The position numbers were made by a program, and so were the translations under genes. A stretch of DNA of 64,000 bases from Halocafeteria seosinensis (taxonomy: Eukaryota), in the NCBI GenBank assembly GCA_001687465.1, contig LVLI01000033.1:1-64000 (forward strand), in the 5' to 3' direction. Under the pieces are notes generated by a model, which was given only the letters and a program-made list of their open reading frames with translations, had not been told where the DNA came from and did no database searches. The stretch's first letter is position 1; each line of letters starts with the position of its first letter. Shown here in pieces: positions 34,001-45,843 of this stretch.

Positions 34001-36468
34001 GAAAACGGCGCACTAATACGACCACCCGTGGTAGCACTAGCATCTGTGGTTATTAGCAACCAGTAGTGGAGGTTTTGGCCTGCCCACGCAGTACCGCTAA
34101 CTTGCAGTGAAACTAAAGAGTTTTCCGCTGGCGCTATATTGCCTCTTTCAGGATCAACGCGTACAACTAACTCTTCGGAAGTACGGTCCAACACCAATCC
34201 ATTGTCTGAGTAAACCGATGAATTCCATGTTAGAGGCAAATTACCTCCATTACGCATCTCAAATCTCTGCACGTAAAATGCCCCCTTTCTCGGAGCAAGA
34301 AGAATGTCGAATTCTTCCACATCCACCACGAAGTAAGCCCCCCTGATATCCATAGTTATTGCGACACTGTAAGTGTGTTTGGGCAATCCTTTCTCCGACA
34401 AGGCCTCCACAAAGAGCTTAAAGTGCCTAATCCCAAGCGGTAGGAGATGATAATCGAACTCCACGCCTTGGAGGACTGCGTTACGGCCCCGCGGTAGTTG
34501 TTGTGTCCCGACAGGAACAGAAACGAAGGCAGCTAGAGAGGAAGGAATCCTCCATCTCCAACGAACATCTCCGTCTCCACTTACAACTATCGCTCTATTT
34601 GCCCTTTGGTTCTCAACGAAACCTTGTTTTTCTACGACGAAGTGGAACTCCGATGGTTCTATTTGTAGAGGAGGAGACAAATCTTCGTCATCTGTGGACA
34701 GTTCGGTCGGAATTGTGGTGGTATATCTGAAATTAATCTGCGCTTCTGATTGCGCAACCAAACGGTCCCCTGAGAAATACGAAAGCGTCAAGGGAATACG
34801 AAGCAATCGTTCTTCATCCGCATGTAACAAAGGCAGTTGACTTCGCAAGATGTTGGTGGCGTTGGGTGCCATGGTAAAACTGACAATATACTGTGTCTTC
34901 GCTGGAACCTCAAACCCTACACTGCATGGAGTACTATTTCCTCTAGTCAGCTCAACTTGTACTGGTAATGGAAAATCCAGAGCCGAACCGACGAACTCGT
35001 TGGCACATCCAGAAAACACAGTACCAGCAATAGAGCCTGCTACCGTAGAGGGGTTCTCCAGGCAGACTGCTCGTACATCCGTCAAACGGCCGTTTACAGG
35101 CTCCACCACATAGAAGGTCAAATGCGAAACACTTGTACTTTCAGGGAAAAGAAACAAGGTCTCAATGATAGCAGAGGAGTTGAATACTTTGAAAGCTTCC
35201 AATTCACATTCCTGTATTATTTCCGAACTCTCGTTTGAACTGGCAGGTTGCAGTGTTCGTGATACGGGGCTAGCAGTAATGTTCCCTCTCGTCTCCCGGA
35301 AGGTGACAGATGGTATCGCAGAGTTGCTCAAACTAGCTTTAACTGCGGGAGATACTGACACCGCCGGTGTTCCAGTCATTCTGAAGCGCGCTGTGCTGGC
35401 CACGCTCGATAGTGTTGGTGAGGGGGATGTCGTCCTACTGGGACGTGGACTAAAGCTGCTGCTAGTCGTCCTCGACACAGTCAATGAAGGAGATGTTCTA
35501 CTGAAGCGTGGGCTAACGCTACAACTAGCGGTCACTGACGGTGAAGGAGATGTCGTCCTCCTTCTATGGCTTCGATCCGTGCTTGGCACCGTCGGAGAAG
35601 AAGACGTCGTCCCAATGGGGCTTTGGCTAATGCTCGTACTAGCCGCGCTTGTCCTACTAAGACTCGGACTTGTACTGTAGCTCGCAGAGAGTGTGCTAGT
35701 GAAGGAAACGGTCGTAGAACCAGTACTGGTAGAGGTTAGAGTTGACGACGGGGTTACCGTAGAAGTGGTTGCGGGAGAAACAGTTTTAGTGGCACTGCGG
35801 GTTGCTGAGCTGGTTCCAGTTGGGCTTGGTGTAGCTGTAGGAGTCCTCGAAGTAGATGGAGCTGATTCCAGCATGAACTCCGGTGTCCACTGTTGTCTGC
35901 CTTCAGGTATAATTCCCTCTGCTTCGTCGAGATTTCTTTGATCTACAGGAATCCAAGTAGCACCATTGTTGTTGCTTCCGTGTAATTTCCACTCGTGAGG
36001 GTCCCGGACTTTTTCATCGCCAGCCGTTTTCCATACGTATCCCTCGAACGAAATGGTTCCTGTGCCCGCTTTAAATATGACAACGCTATGGCCGGTAGGA
36101 CGGTCACCCTTCTTATTAAAGTTCTGGTCGTACCACTTCCCGGAATTGACGAGCAGTCGATCGGCGTCCTGAAAACTTGGCCCAGCTCGCCCGGGGCTCT
36201 CCGCCGTGGTACCCGGTGGAAAATCAGTGGGGGCACCATTTACAATTAACTTGAAATACTGCGCCTGGACAGCAGATCCTGGACAAAACATGCAGTCCTC
36301 TCCTTCGCGGCGTCGGACAATTGTCCATCGGAGCCACTTGAACGATACCGCGTGGCCGCTCCCCGCGGCGCATATCCACAGGACCAAGCAACAGGCGAGC
36401 ATCGCGGGTGTGACAACTGTGGACGCTCTATAAGGCCGTCTGCGGCGGCCGCCAGACTCCACGGGCAT
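31054..36468 (-). CDS. giant surface receptor-like protein: F5/8-type-C (galactose-binding-like) head, S/T stalk, shared Cys-rich/~9-TM body
   Basis: Intronless ORF, open to 36699; likely start MPVESGG at 36468 followed by a signal peptide. Head motif FEGYVWKTAGDEKVRDPHEWKLHGSNN. Body collinear with 21525..28718. Confidence 0.9.
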   Translation of the reverse strand: MPVESGGRRRRPYRASTVVTPAMLACCLVLWICAAGSGHAVSFKWLRWTIVRRREGEDCMFCPGSAVQAQYFKLIVNGAPTDFPPGTTAESPGRAGPSFQDADRLLVNSGKWYDQNFNKKGDRPTGHSVVIFKAGTGTISFEGYVWKTAGDEKVRDPHEWKLHGSNNNGATWIPVDQRNLDEAEGIIPEGRQQWTPEFMLESAPSTSRTPTATPSPTGTSSATRSATKTVSPATTSTVTPSSTLTSTSTGSTTVSFTSTLSASYSTSPSLSRTSAASTSISQSPIGTTSSSPTVPSTDRSHRRRTTSPSPSVTASCSVSPRFSRTSPSLTVSRTTSSSFSPRPSRTTSPSPTLSSVASTARFRMTGTPAVSVSPAVKASLSNSAIPSVTFRETRGNITASPVSRTLQPASSNESSEIIQECELEAFKVFNSSAIIETLFLFPESTSVSHLTFYVVEPVNGRLTDVRAVCLENPSTVAGSIAGTVFSGCANEFVGSALDFPLPVQVELTRGNSTPCSVGFEVPAKTQYIVSFTMAPNATNILRSQLPLLHADEERLLRIPLTLSYFSGDRLVAQSEAQINFRYTTTIPTELSTDDEDLSPPLQIEPSEFHFVVEKQGFVENQRANRAIVVSGDGDVRWRWRIPSSLAAFVSVPVGTQQLPRGRNAVLQGVEFDYHLLPLGIRHFKLFVEALSEKGLPKHTYSVAITMDIRGAYFVVDVEEFDILLAPRKGAFYVQRFEMRNGGNLPLTWNSSVYSDNGLVLDRTSEELVVRVDPERGNIAPAENSLVSLQVSGTAWAGQNLHYWLLITTDASATTGGRISAPFSGIWTTNATAATWIRVNIVVSSVFVCAENMESMLLRPRNIKSAKFSVVNTGTNPIKATVNNFSMHFPSLGKTFKLITLDAFQVTRWIKVSQVSMAIESKQTNRFSIEVQYNSHALFLNSVEEGEVNLPDRDFVLQFSIYVSSYDADAAKIESIVQQIRVSLCSGTATSSLSRLFVPPPPYPLSKSIEVAVQLVDIFGNSAATAMLGQNALETDEESHLTLELRSKTVTWSALDLQRRFINHIRMETIVSSFTFNLRLPHLGRFMLDARLKNVSIRGAPVTLTAILACNGSHSVDTENGRHCACEAGFFFSEASTCIPCPEGRHNPLPSDRSRCFQCPDGLYSPAASAECHKCPDEGFSCRAGKLRMLPHHWCESCTHVSSFERPAGERFGKVHRCPIQEACIVHPEEAFVNCSDHYSGPLCSVCKQGFIKSASGYCLDCENSLWNSIITVSLMTFVIGGIILILHRHYRGFAGQFEDVLSHDKVVEEELRGRSVSGERAKVVGFKPASGYLFGIPSKMESKFENPLWSSKQKTLPQQINAEPADITTNSDNPKAVQLLILLVLDYMQICSAVLSLKISPLANHSAGDALQGIFDVSTLSPSRADPIRCTAEIGFFEASLITMSLPLLISMFCMIVLWIIHVIQKTKSVSLWSITQNTFRSLVTLLGVAHMGVTSAALEAMKLYPYKIASVQRHEHALDIRVGSFKSNVLRATGILTLILFVVGFPLAVTVYLLRHLRKTSKAQMLQFDKIIEGYRKRRKGFLWPAVVMLRKVLLVLVAVFIGDALEQMVFATTILISSCILMNMVMPYRVSIVNYVELLKIATAFGSIWLGSVLFGVTNHPSQESLVTHDSGILGLVALLNITFVLVAVFVGFYLMPGAIRYLYSRLLLPVLSRCGTKKFRSERRHTGSLRPISLNRNLQRPPRISRKSLKYVNNVAFSVEESQRVLIQRQRSHSQSTAENRRNRLLRPIQPRKRKYKDSDM

Positions 36469-37024
36469 CGTATTCAGCGTATACACTTCCCAGCACGCCG
36501 AACAGGAAGTGCCTCGTAACGCAAGGGGGAGCAGGGGCTCTCGCTCTCGCTCTCGCTTTCGGGACGGACCACTGACAGTCTGGGTGGATGGATGATGCCC
36601 AGAAATTATGATCTCATGTAGAATAGATATTTGATGTAAAATGGCGTGTATAACCTGAAAAATACTAAGGTCGCAGATTCCATTGGGGGGCGGGACCAAA
36701 TGAAGGGGTTAAGAGGCCAATTTACTCGCCCCCACTACTCTGTACAGACTCTCCCATATACCACATTAGTAGTCCGCAGCTCTGGGAGGACATACAATCA
36801 ACGCAAACAACATACATACAAGCGTATTATAAATAATCCCGTTGAGCTCCGCCACGCAACTTCAACTTCCCGAGGAAGTGAGGACTCCCTGAGGAGACAG
36901 CAGCGGGTGGAATGAAACTTAACACGGTATTAGGTGGTCGTGGTTCGTTGACATTGAAAAGGAGCCTTCCGAGACAGAAGGCAGAATTTTGCTTTGGACT
37001 GATTCGGCAGAGACTAAACCCACT

Positions 37025-40000
37025 CTAAAACACGAACGATTTTACCATGACCTTGCAGATCTCCTTGCCTTGCCTTGCTCTGTGCTTGCAGCCTTCGCTC
37101 AAAATAAATATTAGAACGGCGAAAATCAAACTTGGCAACCAGATGACGAAATCGACCGCCGACGTCGTGAAAATTGGTTGCATAAAGGGCACATAGACAA
37201 AGATAATCATCAAACTAACAGCGAGTGCTCCACCAGCAATCATCACTCCATTGATCTCTTTGCAACGGTCCCTAATACTGACGAACCTACTCCGGACAAA
37301 CCAAATATGGAACAGCTGGCACAAAATCAAATTGATGTACCAGGCGGCGCGAGCTTCCTGTGGGGTACATGTTGAATCAGCATGACAGGTAACAGATTAC
37401 TTGGTTCTTTGCTTGGAACTTACTTCTACAATCCGTATTTGATCGTCGGAGTCAAACACCTTGCCATCCGAGACGAGCACCTCCGAGTCGTCTTCCCAAT
37501 GATCTCCGGAGGAGAAAGGTAAATCCGACAGATTGACGCCATTATCGATGAAGACAAACAAGTACGCCAGAAAACAGATAATTGATTCGAGCAAACCAAC
37601 CACTGCATAAGAGTATACCAACATTGGACGATTGACTAGTCTGTCTTTCCCCATGTCACGCGGTGGCCGATCCATAATGTTGTCTTCAGCACTCTCGTAA
37701 GCCAGAGACATTGCGGGCAAGAGCTCAGTACCAAGATCGATAGATAAAACTTGGAGAGGGGACAACCCTAAGGGAAATCCAAAAGCCAAAAACAAGATTG
37801 ATGGCAAAATCTCTGGCAACAAATGCGAAAGGGTATAGGCGATAGTCTTTTTCAGATTGTCGAAAAGGACTCTCCCTTCTTCACATGCATTCACTATTGA
37901 GGCAAAGTTGTCATCCGCTAAGACAATATCAGCCGCTTCTCTGGCAACATCGCTGGCATTCACGCTACCCATTGCTACACCGATATCAGCCCTTCTCAAC
38001 GCAGGACTGTCGTTTACTCCATCGCCCGTCACAGCAACCACTTCTCCACCAGCTTGGCACCTCTTTACGATTTCTAGTTTCTGCGTCGGGGTCGTACGCG
38101 CAAACACAAGTTGTTCATATGCAAGAAGCGTTTCCCACTGCTCATCCGTCATTCCATACAACTCGCTCCCAGATACAATAGCAGCGCCTATTTCCTCGTC
38201 ACGAGGATCGATTTCCGAGACTGGGACACCACGGGTTACGGCTAGGTCTCCTCGAGTGGGAAGACTGATGATCCCAACTTTACGTGCAATCGCCTCAGCT
38301 GTGAACGCGTGATCTCCTGTTACCATAAAGACTCTTATGCTAGCGTTGAAGCAGGAGTCAATTGCTTCAGCAACTGCAAGGCAGGAGGCTGAAATTGACC
38401 CGAACAAGTGAAACAGAGGAGACGAACAAGACGCTTACCTCCTTCCCTTGGTGGATCCATAAGCGATACCAGCCCTACGAATGTCAATCCTGACAGCGTC
38501 TCCGATTCAGTAACATGCTCAAACTCAGGAAGATCCGACCTTTTTACTACGCTCATGGCACAGCCGAGAACCCTTTGGCCCTGGGAGGCAAAGCGTTCAT
38601 AAGCTACTTTGAATTCTTCCCGGAATGTTTCGTTGATCGGATGCTCTTGACGTTGCTTCATGTACGTTGTACATTTCTTCAAGACTATTTCTGGAGCACC
38701 CTTGAGCAGAACATAGTACAATTCCCCTCGTGGGTCCTCTTCTTTGGGTGGTTCAACAATTTTCATCGCCCATTTGTTGGACGAATTGAACGGAACCTGT
38801 GCGGGAGCAAACCGACAAGACGTTGTAGCAGTGAGGAGAAACGTAACATCCACTAAGTAACATACCTCTGCTACCACAGGATAGCGTTCGCGAACTAATT
38901 CCGCGGGTGCAATCTGATCACAGTACCGCAGCAGCGCTGCATCCGAAGCATTACCTAGGATTGTTGGGGGTGCACCACTCGTTCCAGCACTAAACGAAGG
39001 CTGTGGGGAGACCATTCCTTCTGGGGATGGGGGCAGTTCGCTAACCGGTTTATTGAAAACTTTCATGCTCTCGGAACGACGAGCTAAATCCATCGCAGTA
39101 AGCTGTGTTCGTCTGCTTTGACGACGATGGGGGAGAGTCATAGTATGGCCTCTGCCGAGATAAGGGTGAGCCGAACTGCCTGAAGGTAACCTATTTATCT
39201 TGATGCTGCCAACGGATCGAATAGACCTATGTGAAGGAGCAGACCTAGGAGTCTCACCACTGAACACAGCTTGATTGCAAACAGTCGATACAAGCAACAT
39301 TGGTTCGAGATGATGACCATACCAGTGTTGCGCAGTTCCGCTTAGCTCACTGCCCTGAACATCGAAGGAGACTCGATGTAGACCCAAAGAATCGGTTTGG
39401 TTGGAGCCAGTCGTAGTCTTGCCGTTAATGTATTCTAGCGACTTGACTGCGGGTCTGTTGACAAAAACTACATGGTTAGACGACGACGTATCCAGGTTGC
39501 TTGTATCCAATATCAACGAGCCATCTAGCATTTCGAAGCTCCCGTCAAACCAGAAATTCTGCAGGCTCATAAGGTTTTGTGTTAACGTTCCTGTTTTATC
39601 CGAACAAATGACTGAAGCAGCTCCCAAAGTCTCAACGGCATCCAGGCGCTTGACGAAAACGCTTCGTTTCTGCATCTTTTTTGCAGCAATGGTGAGGGCA
39701 GTCGTTACTGTTGCGGGCAGACCTTGAGGGATGTTTGCAACGAGAATCGCAATGAATGCAATAACAAATGTGTCCAGCACGTCGAATCCTCGCCCTATCC
39801 CGATGACAAACAGCACAACTGCCATGCTCAGAGCAAGGGCAGCAATGAACTTGACAAACCTGCTGATTTCGCGTTGGAGAGTGGTCTCGCCGCTTGCTTC
39901 CCCTCCGGCGAGCTTTGCAACCAAACCTATCATCGTGTCATCGCCAGTGCGAATAACGACACCAATGGCATCTCCCTCAACGCAAAGCGCGGAGTTGAAC

Positions 40001-40878
40001 GCTAAGTTTTTAGAATGCAAGGGAATGTCGCTCGTCGCTTCGACAGTGCACTGAATGGGTGCACTCTCTCCCGTTACTGAGCTCGCTTCAACTTTAAGTT
40101 TATTCGACTGGATAATTCGTAAATCCGCTGGTACTCGGTCTCCGCCTTGGACAAGCACGATATCTCCCTTGACCAGTTCTTCGACAGGAATTCTGACCTG
40201 CTTGCCACCCCGTATGACTCGGCACTGTTGTGCCATCATTTTGCTGAAGGATCCCATGACTTCTCCACTGTGTCTCTCTTGAAAATAGCCAATGGTGGTA
40301 TTCAGCAGCACAATGAAGACGAGCACCAAGCATAGATAGAGGTTGAGTTCGTCATCACGGTCGATCAAGAACGCCACCAGTGAGAGCAGCGCCGCACCCA
40401 GGAGCATGAGCATAAACATATTCGTCAAATGGAGCAAAAATTTCAGCCATTCCGGCTTCCTATGTGGAGGAGTTAATCGATTCGGTCCATCCTGAGCCAA
40501 TTTGTCTTGCGCTGTCTCCGACGACAACCCTCGGGATTCTGCGGGATTTTCCGTGTCAATATGAGTGTTCAATCCCGAATTCAACGCAGACAAAGTCATC
40601 TGATGCTCGACGACATCGTAGTCGGTGGTCTCCTCTTCTGGTTGTTTCTGGGATTTTTTTTGAATTCCTCCTCCGGAAGTGGTCAGCGGAGTGTGGGGAG
40701 CTGCTGCGCCTGCAGCTCCTTCGTCTCCCAAGACGGCACTTCCCTGGGACGATTGACGCACCCGGACGGAGATATCGTCCACATCTTGTTGTGGGGGTGT
40801 CGAATGTGCACGGGGAGAAGAAGAAGAGGCGGTGATATCTTCCTGAGGTGGTGGCCCCGGACCGGCGCCGGAGGACAT
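37025..40878 (-). CDS. P-type ATPase, Na+/K+-ATPase alpha-like (type IIC / ACU-like), 4 exons
   Basis: Motifs DGPNRLTPP, TGES, ICSDKTGTLT, KGAPE, MDPPR, MVTGDH, TGDGVNDSPALRRADIG, EEGRVLFDNLKK. GT-AG introns at 38797-38865, 38374-38438 and 37358-37423 join the three ORFs. Confidence 0.93.
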
Positions 40879-41299
40879 TTCAAGCTCCTATTCCACACTA
40901 ACCGCACGCTCTACCGCTTGTGTGATGAGTTAAGGATACAGATACACACTATTTGCACCTAATTTGGTGGTATGGAACCGAAAACATGACTAATTTGACG
41001 TGTATAATGGTGCGTAAGTCACCAATGCCAACACGACAATCTTTTATTGGGAACAAGTGAACGTTTTGATTGACAGGATAAAAAATAGAATCCAAGTAAA
41101 GTGGGAAGTGTAGCCTGTCGTGCTGATGCTGGAATGGTGAATGATTGATGAATTCTGAGTAATTCGCGTCAAACTAAAGTAAGAAATGGAAGCAAAATTA
41201 CCTGGCCGGAAAAGTTCACCGAACGGACCACGAATGTGTAGAGGAAGCACCGGAATGTTGAATGAGTCGCACCGCGGACGCCTGGTGACTGCGGAATGA

Positions 41300-41660
41300 C
41301 TCATTCCGAATGAGCCACACGTCGAGAAGAAGAGGTAATTTTGGCAGCAGATTGTGCCTTTAAGAAAACATACTATCAAGGGACATAAAGTTAAGAATTA
41401 TCTTGTGTATGACTTCGTTGAGCAGAACTTCGCGCCCCGACGCACGTACGGGTCCTCGAAAGCGGAATCATGCCAAACGACTCTACCATTATCGCGATGC
41501 AGCAGCAGCCAATGATGCGAGACAATGCATACCAAGTATATAGTGTGCAAAAACTTCTTATTCCACGCAGTGACAGCCCTCATTGAACACTCCGTGCATT
41601 TCTTGATGTCCGCAGCTGATATTTCCTTCGTGAAAACATGAGTTCCCATGACGGTCGGAC
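41300..41660 (-). pseudogene. possible Ulp1/SENP-like (C48) peptidase remnant
   Basis: IYLVCIVSHHWLLL..VVWHDS followed, in another frame, by QNY..CGSF. This matches the HW / DS / Q..CG order of C48 proteases. Short and disrupted. Confidence 0.3.
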
Positions 41661-41834
41661 GATTCAAGTTCCCCAGGAACAGACAGTTCCAGCTGAGGAC
41701 AGGGAGTAGTATCTAATGAGCGGCATGGTCTGTAATTATGGCTCGCAGGGAGCGTGTCAATACAACGTGACTCCGATGCTGTATTCGTTTAGGTTGGAAT
41801 GACCACTTTGAGATGTTTCGTACAACGCAAAGTA

Positions 41835-41896
41835 TATGATTTTTGAAAATATAAACGTATATTAATTAATATACGTATATATTTTCAAAAATTATA
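41835..41896. other. 62-bp AT-rich near-perfect palindrome
   Basis: TATGATTTTTGAAAATATAAACGTATATTAA|TTAATATACGTATATATTTTCAAAAATTATA: 31-bp arms, 2 mismatches, no spacer. Confidence 0.9.
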
Positions 41897-43007
41897 AATT
41901 TAATAAATCGTCGTCGCGGGGTATACAGTTCCGTTTACCGCGGGGAAATACTATTTGTACAAGGCAGCCGTTGTAGGCCAATAAGCCCTCGTGCTATAGT
42001 GTGAGTGCCTGCAGGAAAGACAATGGAATACCCAACTTGCGGAACAAGAGGAAACGAAACTGCCATCTAGGAGCTTGGCTTGCCATTGTATCAATGTATC
42101 GAGATGTGTTAGATCCAAGTGTCTTCGCTATTTTTCTCCCTAGATTTTCGTAAATTTTTCATGCCTCATCTAATGGAAAAGCTCGCATGGCAAGCACACG
42201 TATGTAGTACATGTATACAAATGTACCAAAAAATACATGTACATGTATGGGCTAGCAAGCGGAAACGAATCCGAAGACGGGCGGACTGGTCATGGTTCTA
42301 TAGACTATAGGTCGAGGATGTGGTAAAAAATTTACCCTAACATTTGTGGAAAGATTGAATGAAGATAATCATGATGTGAATGAGGAGGCAGCACCACCTG
42401 CGGCGTACCGATGCCAGATGTCATTCTGGCCGTTTGTGGAATTTGTGCTTCTGGACTCCTCATGGATGCTTCGTAGGACCTGAGATGTAAGACAGGTCAT
42501 TTGCAAAGACCCTCAACGTTTAACTGAAGCTGTGTCACAGGCGATGGCATTGACCCTTCGTTCTCTCTGCCGGTAAATTAATGCATCAAATTCCTGCACA
42601 GACGGAATACCCCAGTCGCACTCACACACACAAATGTGACAGATAGCCCACCGGCCGGGAAGTTGACCACATCCTCTTAACGAGGAGCGGTATGCGCCCG
42701 TGTTAAGCAGCGACGGGCCCGCTGTTCCTGCAGCCTTGCGGACATGCGCCGCGAGGGAACACAGCACTCGGCCAAAAAAACGGCGGAATATTTGCGCAAG
42801 TATTAATATGGTTGTCTCCTCCACTGTGTGTACAGCCTTGGATGTACACAGACACACATACATGCGTGAATCCCGCATAGCGTATGCACATAGGCGGGGT
42901 GGAAGAGAAGAGGCTGATAAAGTTTGGAGCTGAAAGAAGCAGCACTTGTCGCGCTCATTCACTCATTTACTGTGTATGACATTTTCTCACGGGAATATCG
43001 TTGTAGA

Positions 43008-45843
43008 ATGGACGAGGTGAAAGCGTTCCCTGAGCAAACATACCATGAACCTGCGGTCTTGGCGCAGCATGGGCGTAGACAAGCTGAGATTCGGTCCTGG
43101 GCCGGAGCGCAGAACACGCGATCCCTGGTTTTGGGAGACGATGGCTTGAATACAGGGACCAAGCGTAAGTCCCAGGGTCCCACGAGGCCAAGGTTCCATA
43201 TCTGGGGCTGTGTTGGAGGAGATACTAAGCCCTTCTGCTCTCCACTGCGCACGTTGCCCAAGGAATCAGCGTGGGCGAACCAAAAGGGGGGTGTCATTGC
43301 CTTAGTGGATGCCTGTCTTCGAGGCGTAGGGCAAGTGTTTTTCCAGAATTCGCCCATAACTGGACTCCTTTGTCTTGCTGGCATCTTGTCCTCTGATCCT
43401 ATTGTGGGGGCCTCGGCCATCCTCGGTGTCGCATCTGCTACTCTTTTCGCAAAATCCTTTGGATTCGATCAAGGGCTCATTGCCTCGGGCATTCTCGGCT
43501 ACAATGGAGCCTTAACCGGATGCGCCCTCGCAGTCTTCAATTTTGGAATGGATAGTGCCGAGAAGGACGGTCAGTATAATGTCTTAGCGGGGATTGTGTT
43601 GACCTCCATATTTTCAGTCGTCATCACAAGTGGACTTGCTAGCGTGATGGTTCCAAAACTAGGTCTAACACCTCTGACATTTCCTTTCCAATTAGTCACC
43701 TGGGTATGGCTTTTGAGTGCTCAGCGTTCGTCCCACTTTCCTGCGACGTATGCTCCAGCCCCATCGTTGGCCACAGTACATGACTCCAATGGTGATCTTC
43801 GATTCCCTGAAGCAGCGACATACGATACTGTTAAGGTTATTGAAGCTGCTTTTGCTGGAATAGCTCAAACCTTCCTGGTTCCTGATTGGTATGCGGGGGT
43901 AATTATGTTATTCGGCATTGCGCTATGCTCCCCTATTGCAGCCGGATGGGCAGTTGCTGGAAGTTTCATTGGCACTCTATGTGCACTGGCACTTGGGGTG
44001 TCCTCATCTGCAGTATACACAGGGCTGTACGGCTACAACGGAGCCTTGTGTGGAATAGCTATAGGAGGCTTTTTTCTAGTGCTTCGGGGCATAAGAGTGT
44101 ATGCATTGGCTATGTTTGCGGCCTTGATGTCTGGCTTGGTGAATTCTGCTGTAGGAGCGTTCCTCGAGCCTGCAGGACTGCCCTCCTTAACTTTCCCTTT
44201 CACTTTGATTGTGTGGATCGTCGTTTTAGCGGCAGCCACCCTTCCATGTACATTCACTGTTGGCATTGAATCCTTAACATCGCCCGAAGACCATATTGAA
44301 CGACTGATGCTTAACGATAAGCTAACCTCAGCGTTTGATCTAGTTCGGCAATTTATTTCGCTTGAATCGGCAACAACCCCTGAGTCGGTTTCCAGGATAG
44401 AAGATACGTTATTACCTTTAGTTCTTTGCTCAGAAGCCGAACAGGGAGAGATCGAGGAAATCCGTTCAATGGTTCAACTGGGTGCTGATATCAATAAGGC
44501 TGACTACGACGGGCGCACAGCTCTTCACCTGGCAGTGGCACAAGGTCATGTCGAGTTGATAGAGTTCTTACTCGAGAATGGCGCCAACGTGAATGCACAA
44601 GATTCTTGGGGTGGTACGCCAATGGAAGACCTGGTGCGGTCAACCTGTCTCACTACGAACAGGTTTCAGCATATATTACATATGCTCGAGGTTAGGAAGG
44701 GGACACTGAACTTGCAGTCGAGCTCACTCTCTATTGGGACACGAATGTGTCGCCTAGTATACGAGGGGAATGTTGAAGGCATTCGAAGGCTTCTGGCAGC
44801 CGGAGTTCCAGCTGGAACCGCTGACTACGACAATCGAACAGCAGCTCATGTAGCAGCTGCTGGTGTATTCCCTTCGCGTGACATACAAATACTAGAGTTG
44901 TTGGTCTCGTCAGGCTCAGAGGATGTTCTCTGTGCAACTGATCGGTACGGAAATACCCCGGTCGACGATGCAATAAGGCATGAGTTTCAGGAAGCCATCA
45001 GTTTGTTGAATAGTCCGTCCACGGTGGCTATCACTATCGATTCCAGTCAGAGTGATTCCAAGGACAAAGAGAACATGTCAGCGATAAGTGTCTCTAAGGA
45101 GCGACAGGTAACAGCGAATGCTCCCACGGGTGGGTATGAAGCTGAAGCCGATAGCTCAGGAGAAGTGAATAACCAAACACAACTTCTCCCAGTGAAAGAG
45201 ATAACGGAGTGTGAGCCTATGTTTATGGATATGGCGCTGAGCATGGCCAAAGATGGAAGCTCATCAGGACACAGTAAGCAGCAGTTCAATAGACTGCTCC
45301 CTTCTCTTATGTGTGCGTTCGCTGCAGACCCCAACAGTAGCACAGGTCAATTGCAGAAGCTGCTGAACTCCGGGTTTTCTGCCCGCGTTTCTGACTATGA
45401 TTTTAGAAGCCCATTGCACATTGCCGTTGAAAACGGCGATAAACCTGCTGTAGAGCTTCTACTAAACAAAGGTGCAGACCCGACAGTAACGGATCGCTGG
45501 GGTGTCACTCCTCTCTGGACAGCTATTTGCAAATGTTCTAGCAGTTCTACTGCGTTCGCATGGTGCTACGTTAGGGCGCAGTGGCTGCTCCGTAGGGATA
45601 TATCTGTGTGGGCTCGCGAGCGACCCTTCTAACCTGCCGTTGCTCAGATGTGCGATTTTGAACGGCGGTTGTAATCCTTCGGCCTGTGACTACGACGAAA
45701 GAACACCACTGCATATTGCGGCAGACCTTGGACTTGACTCGGTAGTCTCGTTGCTATTGGATTTGGGAGCAAAACCCGACGTAGTTGACAGGTGGGGCGA
45801 GTACCCCAAAGTCAGCAAGTCCGGTGAAGGTGAAAGCAACTGA
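43008..45843 (+). CDS. UT-family (SLC14/UT-like) urea transporter fused to C-terminal ankyrin repeats; frameshift near 45530
   Basis: Internal two-fold UT motifs GVGQVFFQN / GIAQTFLV, GYNG (x2) and LTFPF (x2). Ankyrin motifs ADYDGRTALHLA, DYDNRTAAH, DYDFRSPLH, and DYDERTPLH (the last in shifted frame 45502..45843). Confidence 0.88.
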
